64,000 nt of DNA from Octopus sinensis (taxonomy: Eukaryota): assembly GCF_006345805.1 (NCBI RefSeq), contig NC_042998.1:77500001-77564000 (forward strand), read 5' to 3'. A model generated the notes under the pieces. That model was not told the origin of the DNA. It saw only the letters and a program-made list of their open reading frames with translations, and ran no database searches. Both the position numbers and the translations under genes were made by a program. This document shows positions 52,860-64,000 of this stretch, in pieces. Within the stretch, counting starts at the first letter, position 1; each line of letters opens with the position of its first letter.

Positions 52860-53329
52860 TATTATTATTATTATTATTATATATTATTATTATTATATTA
52901 TTATTATTAATATCACTGAGATGTATCCAGTATTGTTGTGAGAGATTTCTTTTCGTCTCTCTTCCTCTTTTGTTTTGTTATATATTCTCTCAGTATCTTG
53001 ATGTATCTGTTGTTGCTAAGATAGCTAATTGACTTTTAGCAATCATCAACTTGATGATTACTAAATGACCTTCAATTTATTGTTAATTCTGAGTGCTACT
53101 GTTGCTCGAGTAAACTTCAAATATATGAAGAGTAAAGACTATGCTAATTGTCAATAAATGCTTTTAGTGGTTATTATGATATCCTTACTCCATAATAATC
53201 ATTTTGGTGGGAGTGTAAGCAGGTGGGTAGATAATACTATCTATAAAATATTAAAACAGGTTGTTGAGGTGGGCTTCTTTCATTTCTTTTTCTCGTTTTT
53301 TCTTTCCTGTCTTGCAAGTTATTGGTGGC

Positions 53330-53505
53330 CTCACTAGTACCAGTGGCATGAGAAAAGCAACCAGTACACTGTGTATGGTTGTTGGTGTTAGGAAAAGCAT
53401 CCAGCTGTAGAAACCACGCCAAAGCTGACACAGGCGCTTGATGCAACCCTGCTCACCAGATCCTGTCGAATCATCCAGTCCATGCCAGCATGGAAAATGG
53501 ATGTG
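53330..53505 (+). mobile_element. SINE 3' part
   Basis: TTGGTGTTAGGAAAAGCATCCAGCTGTAGAAAC..CCATGCCAGCATGGAAAATGGATGT. Confidence 0.6.
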
Positions 53506-53658
53506 CTAGTGTGTGCGGGGTGGTGTGTTGTGGTATGGTACTGTGTGATGTGGTGTAGTGGTGTGTGGTGTGGTGATGTGTGATGTGGCGGTATTGGGGT
53601 GTGAGGATATGAGAGTGGGGTATGTGGATGCGAGGGTGGAGTATGGGTTTGGGTGAGG

Positions 53659-53689
<31 letters not shown>

Positions 53690-54060
53690 TATGGTAAATG
53701 AAAGGTGGAAGTAAGCTACCGGGTGTAAACCATTCGTTTTATTATCCATTATATATATATATGTATATATGTGTGTCTATGTATACGTGCTTGTGTGTGT
53801 GTGCGTGGGTGTGAGTATGTGTGTGTGTCAGGGGTGTCATCTATTTGTGTGCTGGAATTATGTCGGTGCTTCGAACACAAATACATTGTGTATACACGAC
53901 GGCGTTGAACAGAGTATCCATGAGTGATGTTTCTTTTATGTCAGCACTCATTGGTTATAACAGAAATTACAGTAGAAATACTTTCACAAGGTTTGTGGTA
54001 CGAAGAATACGCTTAGTTATTTTGAGAATGGTTTAGTAACCACTTGGTTATGCTTGTAGT

Positions 54061-54423
54061 GGAGGCGCAATGGCCCAGCGGTCATAGGATCGCGGTTTCG
54101 ATTCCCAGACCGAGCGTTGTGAGTGTTTAGTGAGCGAAAACACCTAAATCTCCACGAGGCTCCGGCAGGGATGCTGGTGATCTCTGCTGTACCCTTTTAC
54201 CACAACTTTCTCTCACTCTTACTTCCTGTTTCTGTTGTACCTGTATTTCAAAGGGCCGGCCTTGTCACTCTCTGTGTCACGCTGAATATCCCCGAGAACT
54301 ACGTTAAGGGTACACGTGTCTGTGGAATGCTCAGCCACTTACACATTAATTTCACGAGCAGGCTGTTCCGTTGATTCGGATCAACCGGAACACTCATCGT
54401 CGTAACCGACGGAGTGCTTCCAT
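54061..54423 (+). mobile_element. tRNA-derived SINE, near full length
   Basis: A-box TGGCCCAGCGGT 54071-54082, B-box GGTTTCGATTCC 54094-54105 (short spacing suggests a head deletion); 3' stem-loop CGTCG-TAAC-CGACG. Confidence 0.75.
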
Positions 54424-54456
54424 AGGTTATGCTTGTATTCTTTAGACAGGTGTTTA

Positions 54457-54660
54457 TACGAGGTCTGATCAATAAGTATCCGAACTCTTGCCATAGTAAC
54501 GAAGCTAAAGCATGTAGAGTGAAGTTTCTTGGCACATATTGATCTTGAACATTGTTGTGTATGTGCACTAAGTTGTAAAGTTCTAGCTTACTTTCGCTGT
54601 TTACAGCAATGCTTGGAAGGAAGGTGTGAAGCGTGTGATCGTGGTGGCACAGGGGTCTAT
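54457..54660 (+). mobile_element. Mariner 5' end (TA plus TIR)
   Basis: TA-CGAGGTCTGATCAATAAGTATCCG; its reverse complement resembles the 3' TIRs at 14358 and 14685. Confidence 0.6.
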
Positions 54661-55397
54661 CTGTACGAGATTAATTTAATCAACGAAGTATATGAGCATC
54701 ATCTTTCACTCCCGATAGTACTGGGTTCTTGAAGCTAAATTGTTCTTTAGAATTTCCTGGCATGCATATTCTCTGTTACCAAACTAATACCAAATACTCA
54801 ATAATAATTATGCATTTATGATTTGTTTACAGATATTTTTCTTACTCTTACAGGCAAGTTTTCTCATTCATTATTCAAATTAGGAATCTGCAATTTAGTA
54901 ATCAGCGCAGTGGCAGTCATTGAGTGTGTCACAGCAAAATGCTGGTGCATTCCTTTTTTCAATTACAATGTTATTTTGCCGAAACTCATTTGTTTTTACT
55001 CTAGAATAGTGTTCGAACTATGAATATTCATTATTCGTTTACAGAATAAACAAGTTGCGCGACAGTTAATTCTAAGTTGGGTAAAAATGAATGAAATAGA
55101 ACGCAGTGATGCACGTTGATTGATAAGAATGCTTCTGAGTACCAAATATCCAATTAAGAAAATTAATATTTATTATTTGATTTTAGTACATAAATCAAGT
55201 AGGCCTAGAGTCAGCTTCGTTTGGTGCTTGCTCTAATGCTTTTGAGGAAGAATTTGAATCCACTGCAACTAAAATGGTTAAAATAACGCAGGGTACATGT
55301 TTTCATGCCATATTCGTACATACGTACATCTATTCCATACGTACATATCTATGTATCTAACTACCTATCTGTTTGTCTGTCTATGTATGTATGTATG

Positions 55398-55453
<56 letters not shown>

Positions 55454-55478
55454 CACGTATATGTATGTATATATATAT

Positions 55479-55513
<35 letters not shown>

Positions 55514-55561
55514 CAGACACGTATATGTATGTATATATATACACATATATACATATATATA

Positions 55562-55617
<56 letters not shown>

Positions 55618-55618
<1 letters not shown>

Positions 55619-56210
55619 ACGGGAAGGTTTACGAAAATAAACAAAAGACGAAGGCAGGTGGAGTACAAACAAATGTATTAGTATGGCGCTCAGGAATAGA
55701 AATAGAACAAGTCTTTTACGTTTCGAGCCTACGCTCTTCGACAGAAAGATACACAGAAAAGAAACAAGGAGAGAAAAAAATGCGTGTAGGAGCTAACGGT
55801 CCATTATGGCGTACTGACTTCAGGCAGAAGTCAGAGGTTAGACGCTAGAGGGATAGTAGGGGAGATAACAGGGTCAAGTGACTTCGCCCCAACACGAAGG
55901 TCCGTGTGTGTATAAGAGAGTATGTATGTGCGTGTGAAAGAGGGCTGGTGGTCTGGACGTGTGTATGTATGTGTGAGTGTGGAGATATGGGGATGGGTGA
56001 GTGAGTGGTGTGTTGTGATATGATATGTGTATGTATGTGTAGGTGTAAAGATGTGGGGATGGGTGTGTGGGCAGTGTGCTGTGGGTGGTGTGTTGTGATG
56101 TGATGTGTAATGTCGTATGGTTTAGTGTAGTGTGGTGTGATGTTGTGGGGAGGGGGTGCGAGAGTGGGGAAAGCCCATATGGGGTGTGGGTTCGGCTGGG
56201 GGTTGGGGTG
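55618..56210 (-). mobile_element. Hammerhead-bearing repeat with CA-rich upstream region, both ends in (TA)n
   Basis: Longest copy of the family; terminus ..GTAAACCTTCCCGTT then TATATA. Confidence 0.75.
55712..55749 (-). ncRNA. Minimal hammerhead-like motif, variant core CUGUCGA
   Basis: UCUUU-CUGUCGA-A-GAGC(GUAG)GCUC-GAAA-CG-U-A-AAAGA; 5-bp stem I and 4-bp stem II perfect. Confidence 0.7.
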
Positions 56211-56636
56211 TATATATATATATACAGTCAAAAATTGTGAAGCATGACTGTCAACACTACTACATGAACCCGAAGATTGCAGAATTCAATGCATGAAAGT
56301 ACTAGTTCAATCAGAATGAATATTTAACATTCTACTATTTCATTTTATTTTATTCAATTATAATATATTATCTTATAATATATCATTATAAGATTGTAAA
56401 TAAAACGTGAAAATCAGACAGGTTGGAATTCTTTTTATAATATATATATATATATATAATATATATATATATATACCAATTAAGGACTGAACACGAAAAG
56501 GTGGACAGTCAACATGCTAGATATAGACGTCAAATCGCCATTCTCCACAAGGATTATGTTCTCAAATAAAAATAAAATTCAGCACGACCTAAAGCAATGG
56601 ATGAGACAAAAGAAATATACTAAATGGAATAATTAC

Positions 56637-56696
56637 CTACGTACTGCAGTTTCAGCTATTAATATCACAAGGATATCTGTAGCTTCATCAGCGTAG
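56637..56696 (-). ncRNA. Intact type-I hammerhead ribozyme (minus-strand copy)
   Basis: Reverse complement of 57058-57117. Confidence 0.88.
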
Positions 56697-57057
56697 TTTG
56701 TTATGAGCATAATATGCTGTACTAGATGAAAAACGGTACCGGAGTCCCGCATGCAAAAAGTACAACCTATTACGTTCGGATGTATCTTTCGAATGCCTCT
56801 ACTTTTGGCGCGCTGATAATCTGGTTTTAATTGACTAATATCAATTTCTACCCTTAATTTTTAAATATGAAATATATGTTCTCAAACCGATAAATTGACT
56901 GCTGCTAATTATTGGCTGCAGGCTAGTTTTTCGATTATCAGCGCGCCAAAAGTAGAGGCATTCGAAAGATACATCCGAACGTAATAGGTTGTACTTTTTG
57001 CATGCGGGACTCCGGTACCGTTTTTCATCTAGTACAGCATATTATGCTCATAACAAA

Positions 57058-57117
57058 CTACGCTGATGAAGCTACAGATATCCTTGTGATATTAATAGCT
57101 GAAACTGCAGTACGTAG
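57058..57117 (+). ncRNA. Intact type-I hammerhead ribozyme
   Basis: CUACG-CUGAUGA-AGCUA(ca GAUAUC cuugu GAUAUU aa)UAGCU-GAAA-CUGCAG-UA-CGUAG: all core positions canonical, stems I and II perfect, stem III palindromic ACUGCAGU. Confidence 0.88.
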
Positions 57118-57447
57118 GTAATTATTCCATTTAGTATATTTCTTTTGTCTCATCCATTGCTTTAGGTCGTGCTGAATTTTATTTTTATTTGAGAACATAA
57201 TCCTTGTGGAGAATGGCGATTTGACGTCTATATCTAGCATGTTGACTGTCCACCTTTTCGTGTTCAGTCCTTAATTGGTATATATAAATATTTTAATCTT
57301 CGGATTCTTTTTAATGTGCTAGACCACTGGTTTTAATTGACTAATATCAATTTCTACCCTTAATTTTTAAATATATATATATATATATATATGAAAAATG
57401 TATGGTAAATAACATACCATACGATATAGCACATACTGAGTGTAAAA

Positions 57448-58203
57448 CCGGACGGGAGACAAACATAGAAGGTTATCAACCAATTGCTAATACATAGTTT
57501 TGTACCTTTTATAAGACAGAGCTTTATAATTGGCGGCGCCCGCAAAAAATTCTTTTTGCGGAGAATTCAGGGTCGAGAGCAGACATAACAAAGCAAAATG
57601 ACACAGAGTGTGATTTAGGTCGGTGGACAAAGTCGAGCAAAATATAGCGTTAGGGCAAAGAAGATAAGAATAGTAGGTAACGCTTAGAAAAAGTCCTAAA
57701 TGAAGGAAAGCCAAAGAATCTGCAACTGATCAGATCTGGACAAGTGTAGGTGGGTCAACAGGCAGAGGAGAATGACAGCAAGGAAAAGGGAGGAAGAGAG
57801 AAAGAGAGAGTGAATAAAAAGGGAATGCCTGCAGATGTGCAAAGAGAGAGAGAGAGACAGAAAGTCTGCTATATAGGTATATGGACAAAGTATAAATGGA
57901 GTGGTTTGTTTTATGTTGCAAATATACGCTGTTGGTATTTTGGTTGCTTTGAAATTATAATTTCTCCACCGTTTTCTAGTTACTGTGTTATTTAAAGAAA
58001 TATGCTAGATATAGACGCCACTGAAATTTCTCTTTCTTTTTAATGACACACATCTATAATATACATCGGCAGAGTTATCCTTACAGTTCTTCAGACGAAA
58101 TGACTGATTGTCATTTGTAAATAAAATAATGTTTACAGTTTTAAATTCATATGTTAAAGTTTTAAATTCATATCTGAAACTTGTCAGCTCATTTGAAGAA
58201 ATC
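57448..58203. repeat. Two-module repeat: module A 57448-57577, module B 57670-58203
   Basis: A is the reverse complement of 61821-61972; B is a direct diverged copy of 61305-61820. Confidence 0.85.
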
Positions 58204-59099
58204 TTTACGAATCTCTGTATATGATTATATGGTACTCATTATGTCGATGTGTGAGTAACCAACATGATCAAGCTTCTTCACGTATTTGTCTTTAACTATG
58301 TTTAGGATATTCTTATTCGATCGATGTTTCTTCCTAGTCAAACAATATATCAAAACCAATAACATTGTCAATCATGGCTACCAAGTGCAGCATATATCGT
58401 GACATCTCTGTATGAATTATGACATAAATTCTCTGCTGCAAACTTTTAAGAAGGAACCAATCAACAGCGATGTTGTTTCTTACTAACTAAATAATCAACT
58501 ACGCTAAACTAAGTTTATCCAGCACGCAGGTCCAGAATGACATTGATACACACATAATTTCAGCTGACACTATGACATTAACTTCCTTATCTATTCGCGT
58601 TAAGATAGATACAAATTTATTCACACAAAAACACGCACATATGCTGTAACGGGCTTCATATAGACATACGACATATTAAAAATTAACTTCTTGCAAAAAC
58701 AGTGTTAGGTTGCAATAGTAAATGTAATTATTGCTCGAGATGTTAGTTATCGCCATACCATCAACTGGTATCTTGCATGTAGCATGATGCAAATTTTAAA
58801 CGGTTTCATTGCCAATGATTTTAGAGACTGCAATACTCAGGTTTCATAATAAGTCACATAACGTGATGGGATACATTGTATAGTTATACTGTAGGTCAAT
58901 ATTGCCTGTGTTGCTGTTGTTTTTATTGGTAGAAACAGTTCTGCTACGAAATAATTCCTTTACAGTCAAAAGTTTCTATTTAGTAGACTTGATATCAAAT
59001 TCCACTAATCCTAATATTGTTTTTTTTTCCTGTGCGGTAATTAGATTCAGCACAAGTGTTGTAAGGACTGGGTTTCATAGATCCAAGCACTTCCATGGA

Positions 59100-59340
59100 T
59101 AAATGATTATCATAATAGCAGGCTTTTGAATTCAAATTCTGTCTCGTTTGGTTTTCACATTATTTCTATACGGCAGCTCATCTTCAAGAAAGGGATTTGT
59201 ACATGCTGAAGTGATATTTTTACGTGTACCTGTAAGCATTGTCCGATGTAAAGTTAAGGCGATCTTATTTCTCAAATAGTGATGAATTAAATGACTAACA
59301 TGACGAAACATTGTCACATTTCGTAAAAGTTTAGGGCCCC
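59100..59340 (-). mobile_element. Possible piggyBac transposase relic
   Basis: RNVTM..YLRNKIALT..TGTRKN loosely resembles piggyBac RNVTMDNWFTS..KLT.VGTLRKN. Confidence 0.25.
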
Positions 59341-59469
59341 CGTGCCAAAGCATTACAATGTCCCTGTTAGTTTTGTTGTTGTTATGGCGAAGGTTGACAC
59401 AATTGGTAAGTTGCAGCAGAAAATATTTCAGGTTATTTACTTACCAGTCAGCTAATTGGGAAGATGAAC

Positions 59470-59850
59470 TCAGTGACTTGGTAAGGTTCTTAAGCTTATC
59501 AAAGGAATCTGCAGAAGTCCTTCCGTCTCACCTAAAGGTAAAAAGCCTTCTTAAAGAAGGTTCACTAGACACGATTGGCTCACTAGACATGTTGAATATC
59601 TTCCGTTTCTTCATAGAAAAATGATGTGTTATTGTATTGCATAAACATTGAGTGACTGCTTCGGAGGATATGGCATTAGGAGAGTATAATGAAAGTGATT
59701 AGCAGAATATTGATTTGATTAATGTTCAGCTTTATAATTGAAATATATTGTTATCTGTTCCAATTCCTCAGTCTACAAGACTAGCAGATAAATACGAAGT
59801 TGTTAAAGAAGCGCAAGTGAAGATTAAGCACCACAATCAACAGTAGTATA
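59470..59850 (+). mobile_element. Decayed DNA transposase, Chapaev3-like (CMC superfamily), middle part
   Basis: ELSDLVRFLSLSKESAEVLPSHLKVKSLL and SVPIPQSTRLADKYEVVK..KIKHHNQ match recalled motifs ELNDLVRDL.LSK..AELL.SRLK and SVPIAHST.LKEKYE..KIKY.EHQW; family name from recall. Confidence 0.6.
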
Positions 59851-59854
59851 TATT

Positions 59855-60040
59855 CGGGATCTTTTCTATTCTGAAGCCAGTTTTTTCAAATTTTTACTAC
59901 TGAACCAAACAATTTGAAACTTCGTATACTGGTAGAATGTGTCAAAAGTAAACTTAATTGTAAACCAGAATGAAAACGGAATTGTAACTTCTAAGTTTAA
60001 CGTTGTTTAATAATTAGAATTTTAACCAATGATATTCCGT
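59855..60040 (+). repeat. Interspersed repeat (probable DNA-transposon end); diverged inverted relative at 60880-61075
   Basis: Shared GGATCTTTTC..AATTTGAAACTT.GT.TACT..TAGA and TTTTAACCAATGA motifs. Confidence 0.45.
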
Positions 60041-60477
60041 CATTCGGCTTTATTTTATTTACTCCGTCTCGACCACCAATTTCGTGACGTATTAAACATC
60101 TTAAATGTAAACAAGCTATAGTCAGCCACCTTCTAATAACAAAAGTTTGTCTTTGAAGTTACCGTCTAGGGGAAGCATTGATGTACATGTGTGTGTGTGT
60201 GTGTTTGATGGGGTGAGGGAGACAGTATGTTGTGTAAGTGAAGTGCTTCTGTTAGTGTGTGTGAAGAGACAGAGAGAGTAATGTGTGAAAGAGAGAGATA
60301 ACTGAATTTTTTTACTCGGTGTATGTGTATATGCCTGAATGTATGTGTGTATGTATCTGTGTATGTGTATGTATGTATGTATGTATGGCCGATTCAATGT
60401 AATTTTTTACACATACACACACACACACATACATACACACACACATGCAGACATACATATACACATACACCGAGTAA

Positions 60478-60544
<67 letters not shown>

Positions 60545-61304
60545 TAATTTATAAAAATATGGTAAAGTAAAAAAATTACTTAACCACACACCGAGCTTTT
60601 TAGAAATAGCAGCCCAAACTTTCTCAACTGCAAGAAAAAGTCTCCCAGACAATGCATACTCAGAAATAATTCACATACGTATAAGAGAAAAACAACGAAA
60701 ATCACATGGATTCTCCGATATATGTTATAAAAATATGGATTCTCCGATATAATTTATAAAAATATGGTAAAGTAAAAAAATTACTTTACCACACACAAAG
60801 CTTTTTAGAAATAGCAGACGTCACAAAACTGCTTTCAACGTCACACTAACAGATCGCAGTAACGTTTTAGATATGAAAACAAGCAATCTCATTGGTTAAA
60901 ATTCGCAGTTTTAATCTACGATTAAAGTCATAAAATAGATTTTTCTCAAATAAACTAGTTCCAACTGGCGAATAAACTAGTTCCACTCTATGAGTACACA
61001 AAGTTTCAAATTATTTAGTTAACTAGAAAGATCTGGGGTCCTGGCCACAAATTTGAAAAGATCCTATATTCGTAGACTTTAAGATGGTCACCGTTTCTTT
61101 TGGCAACAAAGTGGTTCCACCAAATATCAATGCTTTTTATGTATGTGAGACAACAGAACCAGGGAAAAAATTGGGTTATCTAAAAACAGACGCAGCGAAC
61201 ACCAGTTCCTGGGTCTTTTATTGTGGTTGAAGAGTCTTTATTTCAACTGAGAAAAATTATTGCACTTACAATCGATATAAAACTTGGCATTATTAAGCAG
61301 TTTG

Positions 61305-61972
61305 ATAGTAGGTAACGCTTAGAAAAAGTCCTTAAGGAAAGAGAGACAAAGAATTTGTGACTGGTCAGCTCAGGACCAGTGTAGGTGAGTCACATAACAG
61401 TAACAGGCAGAGGAGAATGACAGCAAGGAAAGGGAGGAAGAGAGACAGAGAGAGGGAATAAAAGGAGAAAGCCTGCAGGAATGCAAAGAGAGAGTGACAG
61501 AAAGTCTGCTATATAGGTATATAGACAAAAAGTATAAATGGAGTGGTTTGTTTTATGTTGCAAAGTATCCGCTGGTGGTATTTTGTTTGCTTTGAAATTA
61601 TAATTTCTCCACCGTTTTCTAGTTACTGTGTTATTTAAAGAAATAACCATTGCAACTTTTCTTCCTTTATAATGACTCACATCTATAATATACATCGGCA
61701 GAGTTATCCTTACAGTTCTTTAGACTACATGACTGATTGTCATTTGTAAATAAGATAATGTTTAGTTAATGTTCTAAATCTCAATTCATATCTCAAACTT
61801 GCCAGCTCGTTTGAAGAAATGCCCTCGGCCATGAATTCTCCGCAAAAGAGTTTTTTGCGGGCGCCGCCAATTATGAAGCTCTCAGTCTTACTAAAGGTAC
61901 AAAACTGTGTATTAGCAATTGGTTGATAACTGTTGAAGAATAAGGGACCTTCTGTGTTTGTCTCCTGTCCGG
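61305..61972. repeat. Second copy of the two-module repeat, order B then inverted A
   Basis: See 57448-58203. Confidence 0.85.
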
Positions 61973-62034
61973 ACTATGCTTTTACTATAGCCACAGTATA
62001 TTTTCCAGCCTGATGAATAGATGAAAAGATGATA

Positions 62035-62280
62035 CTTGGTGGTATTTGATGGTATTTGATGGTTTTTCATGGGCCTTAAGTCAGGAAATTTATGGAAGAT
62101 GGGAACTTACAAAGACAATTAAATTCATTGAAGTAGCAGCGTGAAATTTATTTGTAATAGTTTTAAATGACTCTGAGTAACAAGAAAACAGCCAACTATG
62201 CTGAAATAGTCGACAGTTAACACCATGCTGGAGAGCTTTCAAATGTTGGGAGCAATTATGAACACAAATCTGCTCTAAGG
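62035..62280 (+). mobile_element. Decayed Chapaev3-like transposase, C-terminal part
   Basis: GP*VRKFMEDGN; LSNKKTANYAEIVD..TMLESFQMLG match recalled GIFDGPQIRKL.KD and LGNKKA.NY.E+V..ML.SF..LG. Confidence 0.55.
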
Positions 62281-64000
62281 GACCCTAGTTTAGGTTCAGA
62301 TGTTTTGACAACAACGAAAAGAAAACTTTTGTAGGCCTTTGTACAGCTAGGCTTAGATAATATAATATTTTTAATGGAAATATTTTTCAAGTGAACAACA
62401 GATGCAACAAATTTCCATTGCTTTTAAAGTGAGTAGAAACAGAAGGGAACTTCCTAACACAATCACTGCTGTATTAAAGAATGAATATCAATATTATCTG
62501 GTTTCTCGTTGATTTGTTTTTTCAAGTAATGACTCGGGATTATGCTTCTAGTGCAAATAATATTTAAAAGAATACTATATAGAACTTATTGTAATAAAGA
62601 AAAATAAATATTTACGGAGTACATGTATACATTGCGACACTCGGAAAGATACCCCACCTAATTGTCCTCTAAATATATCGATTGCATATGCATCTGTTCC
62701 CTATGTACAGACTGACAAAGAGTTCAATTATTTTCATTCCAAATTGTGTGAAAGAATTTTAGATATCATAACGTTCGTCTTTGTGTAATATACCTTGAAA
62801 AGTTCGTGACGAATGACAGTCACTAGATACAGCCTTCATAATAAGATATACAGTTTCTCTACTCCACTCTTTGATGGCCATAGAAGTGTTATTGTGAGAG
62901 GCAAGAAATTATCTAAAGGGAGTTTTGTTGGAAATACACTGGATACTATTGCCACCAGTGTGGTTTGCTTTTATAAATGACATCGTCATAAGAGACTTGC
63001 CTTTCGCTCAAAAGTTGACTGCATGCTAAACTTTAAAAACTACATACCGCAGCCTGTCCAGAATGCGTAGTCACGTTAACAAATTGAAATAGGAAGGTAG
63101 TCGTTTCCATTTATCATGGAATAGAAAACAAGATCTGCTCTATACACGCAGTACCCTTAAATGGTGCAAAGATGGATATTGACATTGAAGAAAGGACGAG
63201 ACGCAGAGTGGTTGCATAGTCAACTGCACAGTGTGAGTAGTTTAAGGTGGAGTTTTATTGATACGGCTTTTTACTAATATTCTTGATATTCTTAAAACGA
63301 TAGAAAGAGTATGAAATACAATTAATTAACGAGAGCAGAATGAAAGAGAATCTGTGTATGCCATTTCCTCTAAAGTCGAGGCGGCTTTCCACAATGGCTT
63401 GCAGAAACTGAACTGTATTGTGTTCCTGTAAAAGTACAGCTATCTTCAACGTTGATTGTGAAGGAAATGAAGCGGGTAAACGCCCGCTTTCCATGATGTT
63501 ACATTGTAAGTCATTATTTGACTGCAAGAAATTGAAAAACGTAACATGTATGGTGCAGTGCATTCGGGAGCGAGTAAGACGGCTACAAATGTAACGTATA
63601 TTGCAGCAGACAAAAACAAACGGGAAACAAAAGTTGTCATATTTATGATGCGAGTCATGAAAAAGTGTACTGCTGTAAGGAATTTAGAGTAACCAGGTGC
63701 ATTAGGTCTTGATATTCTGTCACCTGCCAACATTTGGTGTGTATGTTAGTAGCCTACGAATTTTCGTTGGCAGAATATGCTTCGGAACATTACCAGATTA
63801 CTGATTCATAAAACAATGATGCACTAACATTAATTCAGTGATTATCAATAAAAATTTGCACTAGTTGTTCTCTACAACAAGGACGAGAAATAATTGCTAA
63901 TATACATATGCTGAAAATGCACTGACCAAAATAAATTTAAGACCTAGGCTTATGAACGGGCTAATTGCCCTGCTGGAAAATATATCGCGGTGGCATTTGA

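Larger units (their letters stand above)
56470..57285. repeat. Apparently perfect ~350-bp inverted repeat (about 56470-56821 and 56933-57285), 111-bp spacer
   Basis: Identical 60-aa ORFs on opposite strands (56514+ and 57058-); no mismatches seen; both outer ends in (TA)n. Confidence 0.95.

Noticed and set aside
56514-57240. Identical 60-aa ORFs on opposite strands as a duplicated gene
   Set aside because: By-product of the inverted repeat; no domain, and they lie antisense to the hammerhead
62003-62040. CTGATGA-ATAGAT-GAAA as a minimal hammerhead
   Set aside because: Stems I and III are poor, and it lies at the edge of the Chapaev-like coding relic
62850-63750. Less AT-rich unique block with ~100-aa ORFs
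   Set aside because: No recognisable motif in any frame; possibly an ancient transposon or exon, but unsupported

Overview
Eukaryotic, AT-rich, almost entirely repeat-derived DNA with dense (TA)n, (ATT)n, (TCTA)n, (CA)n and (TACA)n microsatellites. The SINE/LINE set and microsatellite load look like an octopus (coleoid cephalopod) genome; this is inference from recalled repeat families, not a database result. I cannot support any host protein-coding gene, and most ORFs in the track are microsatellite translations. Recognisable elements are all decayed or 5'-truncated: seven Dong/R4-type RLE LINE fragments nearly all tied to (ATT)n tracts, one Hero-type RLE LINE, two RTE LINEs, two CR1 LINEs, a Tx1/L1 LINE inside a (TCTA)n array, Penelope-like GIY-YIG fragments, mariner and Chapaev-like relics, and tRNA-type SINEs. 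The main signal these do not explain is a concentration of minimal type-I hammerhead ribozyme motifs (8 full or near-full copies plus 2 half copies) and of fold-back inverted repeats mostly anchored in (TA)n tracts. Highlights are an intact hammerhead present on both strands of a ~350-bp inverted repeat (56.5-57.3 kb), a ~370-bp hairpin element with a hammerhead at its apex (48.8-49.15 kb), and a three-copy family with a non-canonical CUGUNGA core. All alignments and folds were done by eye.
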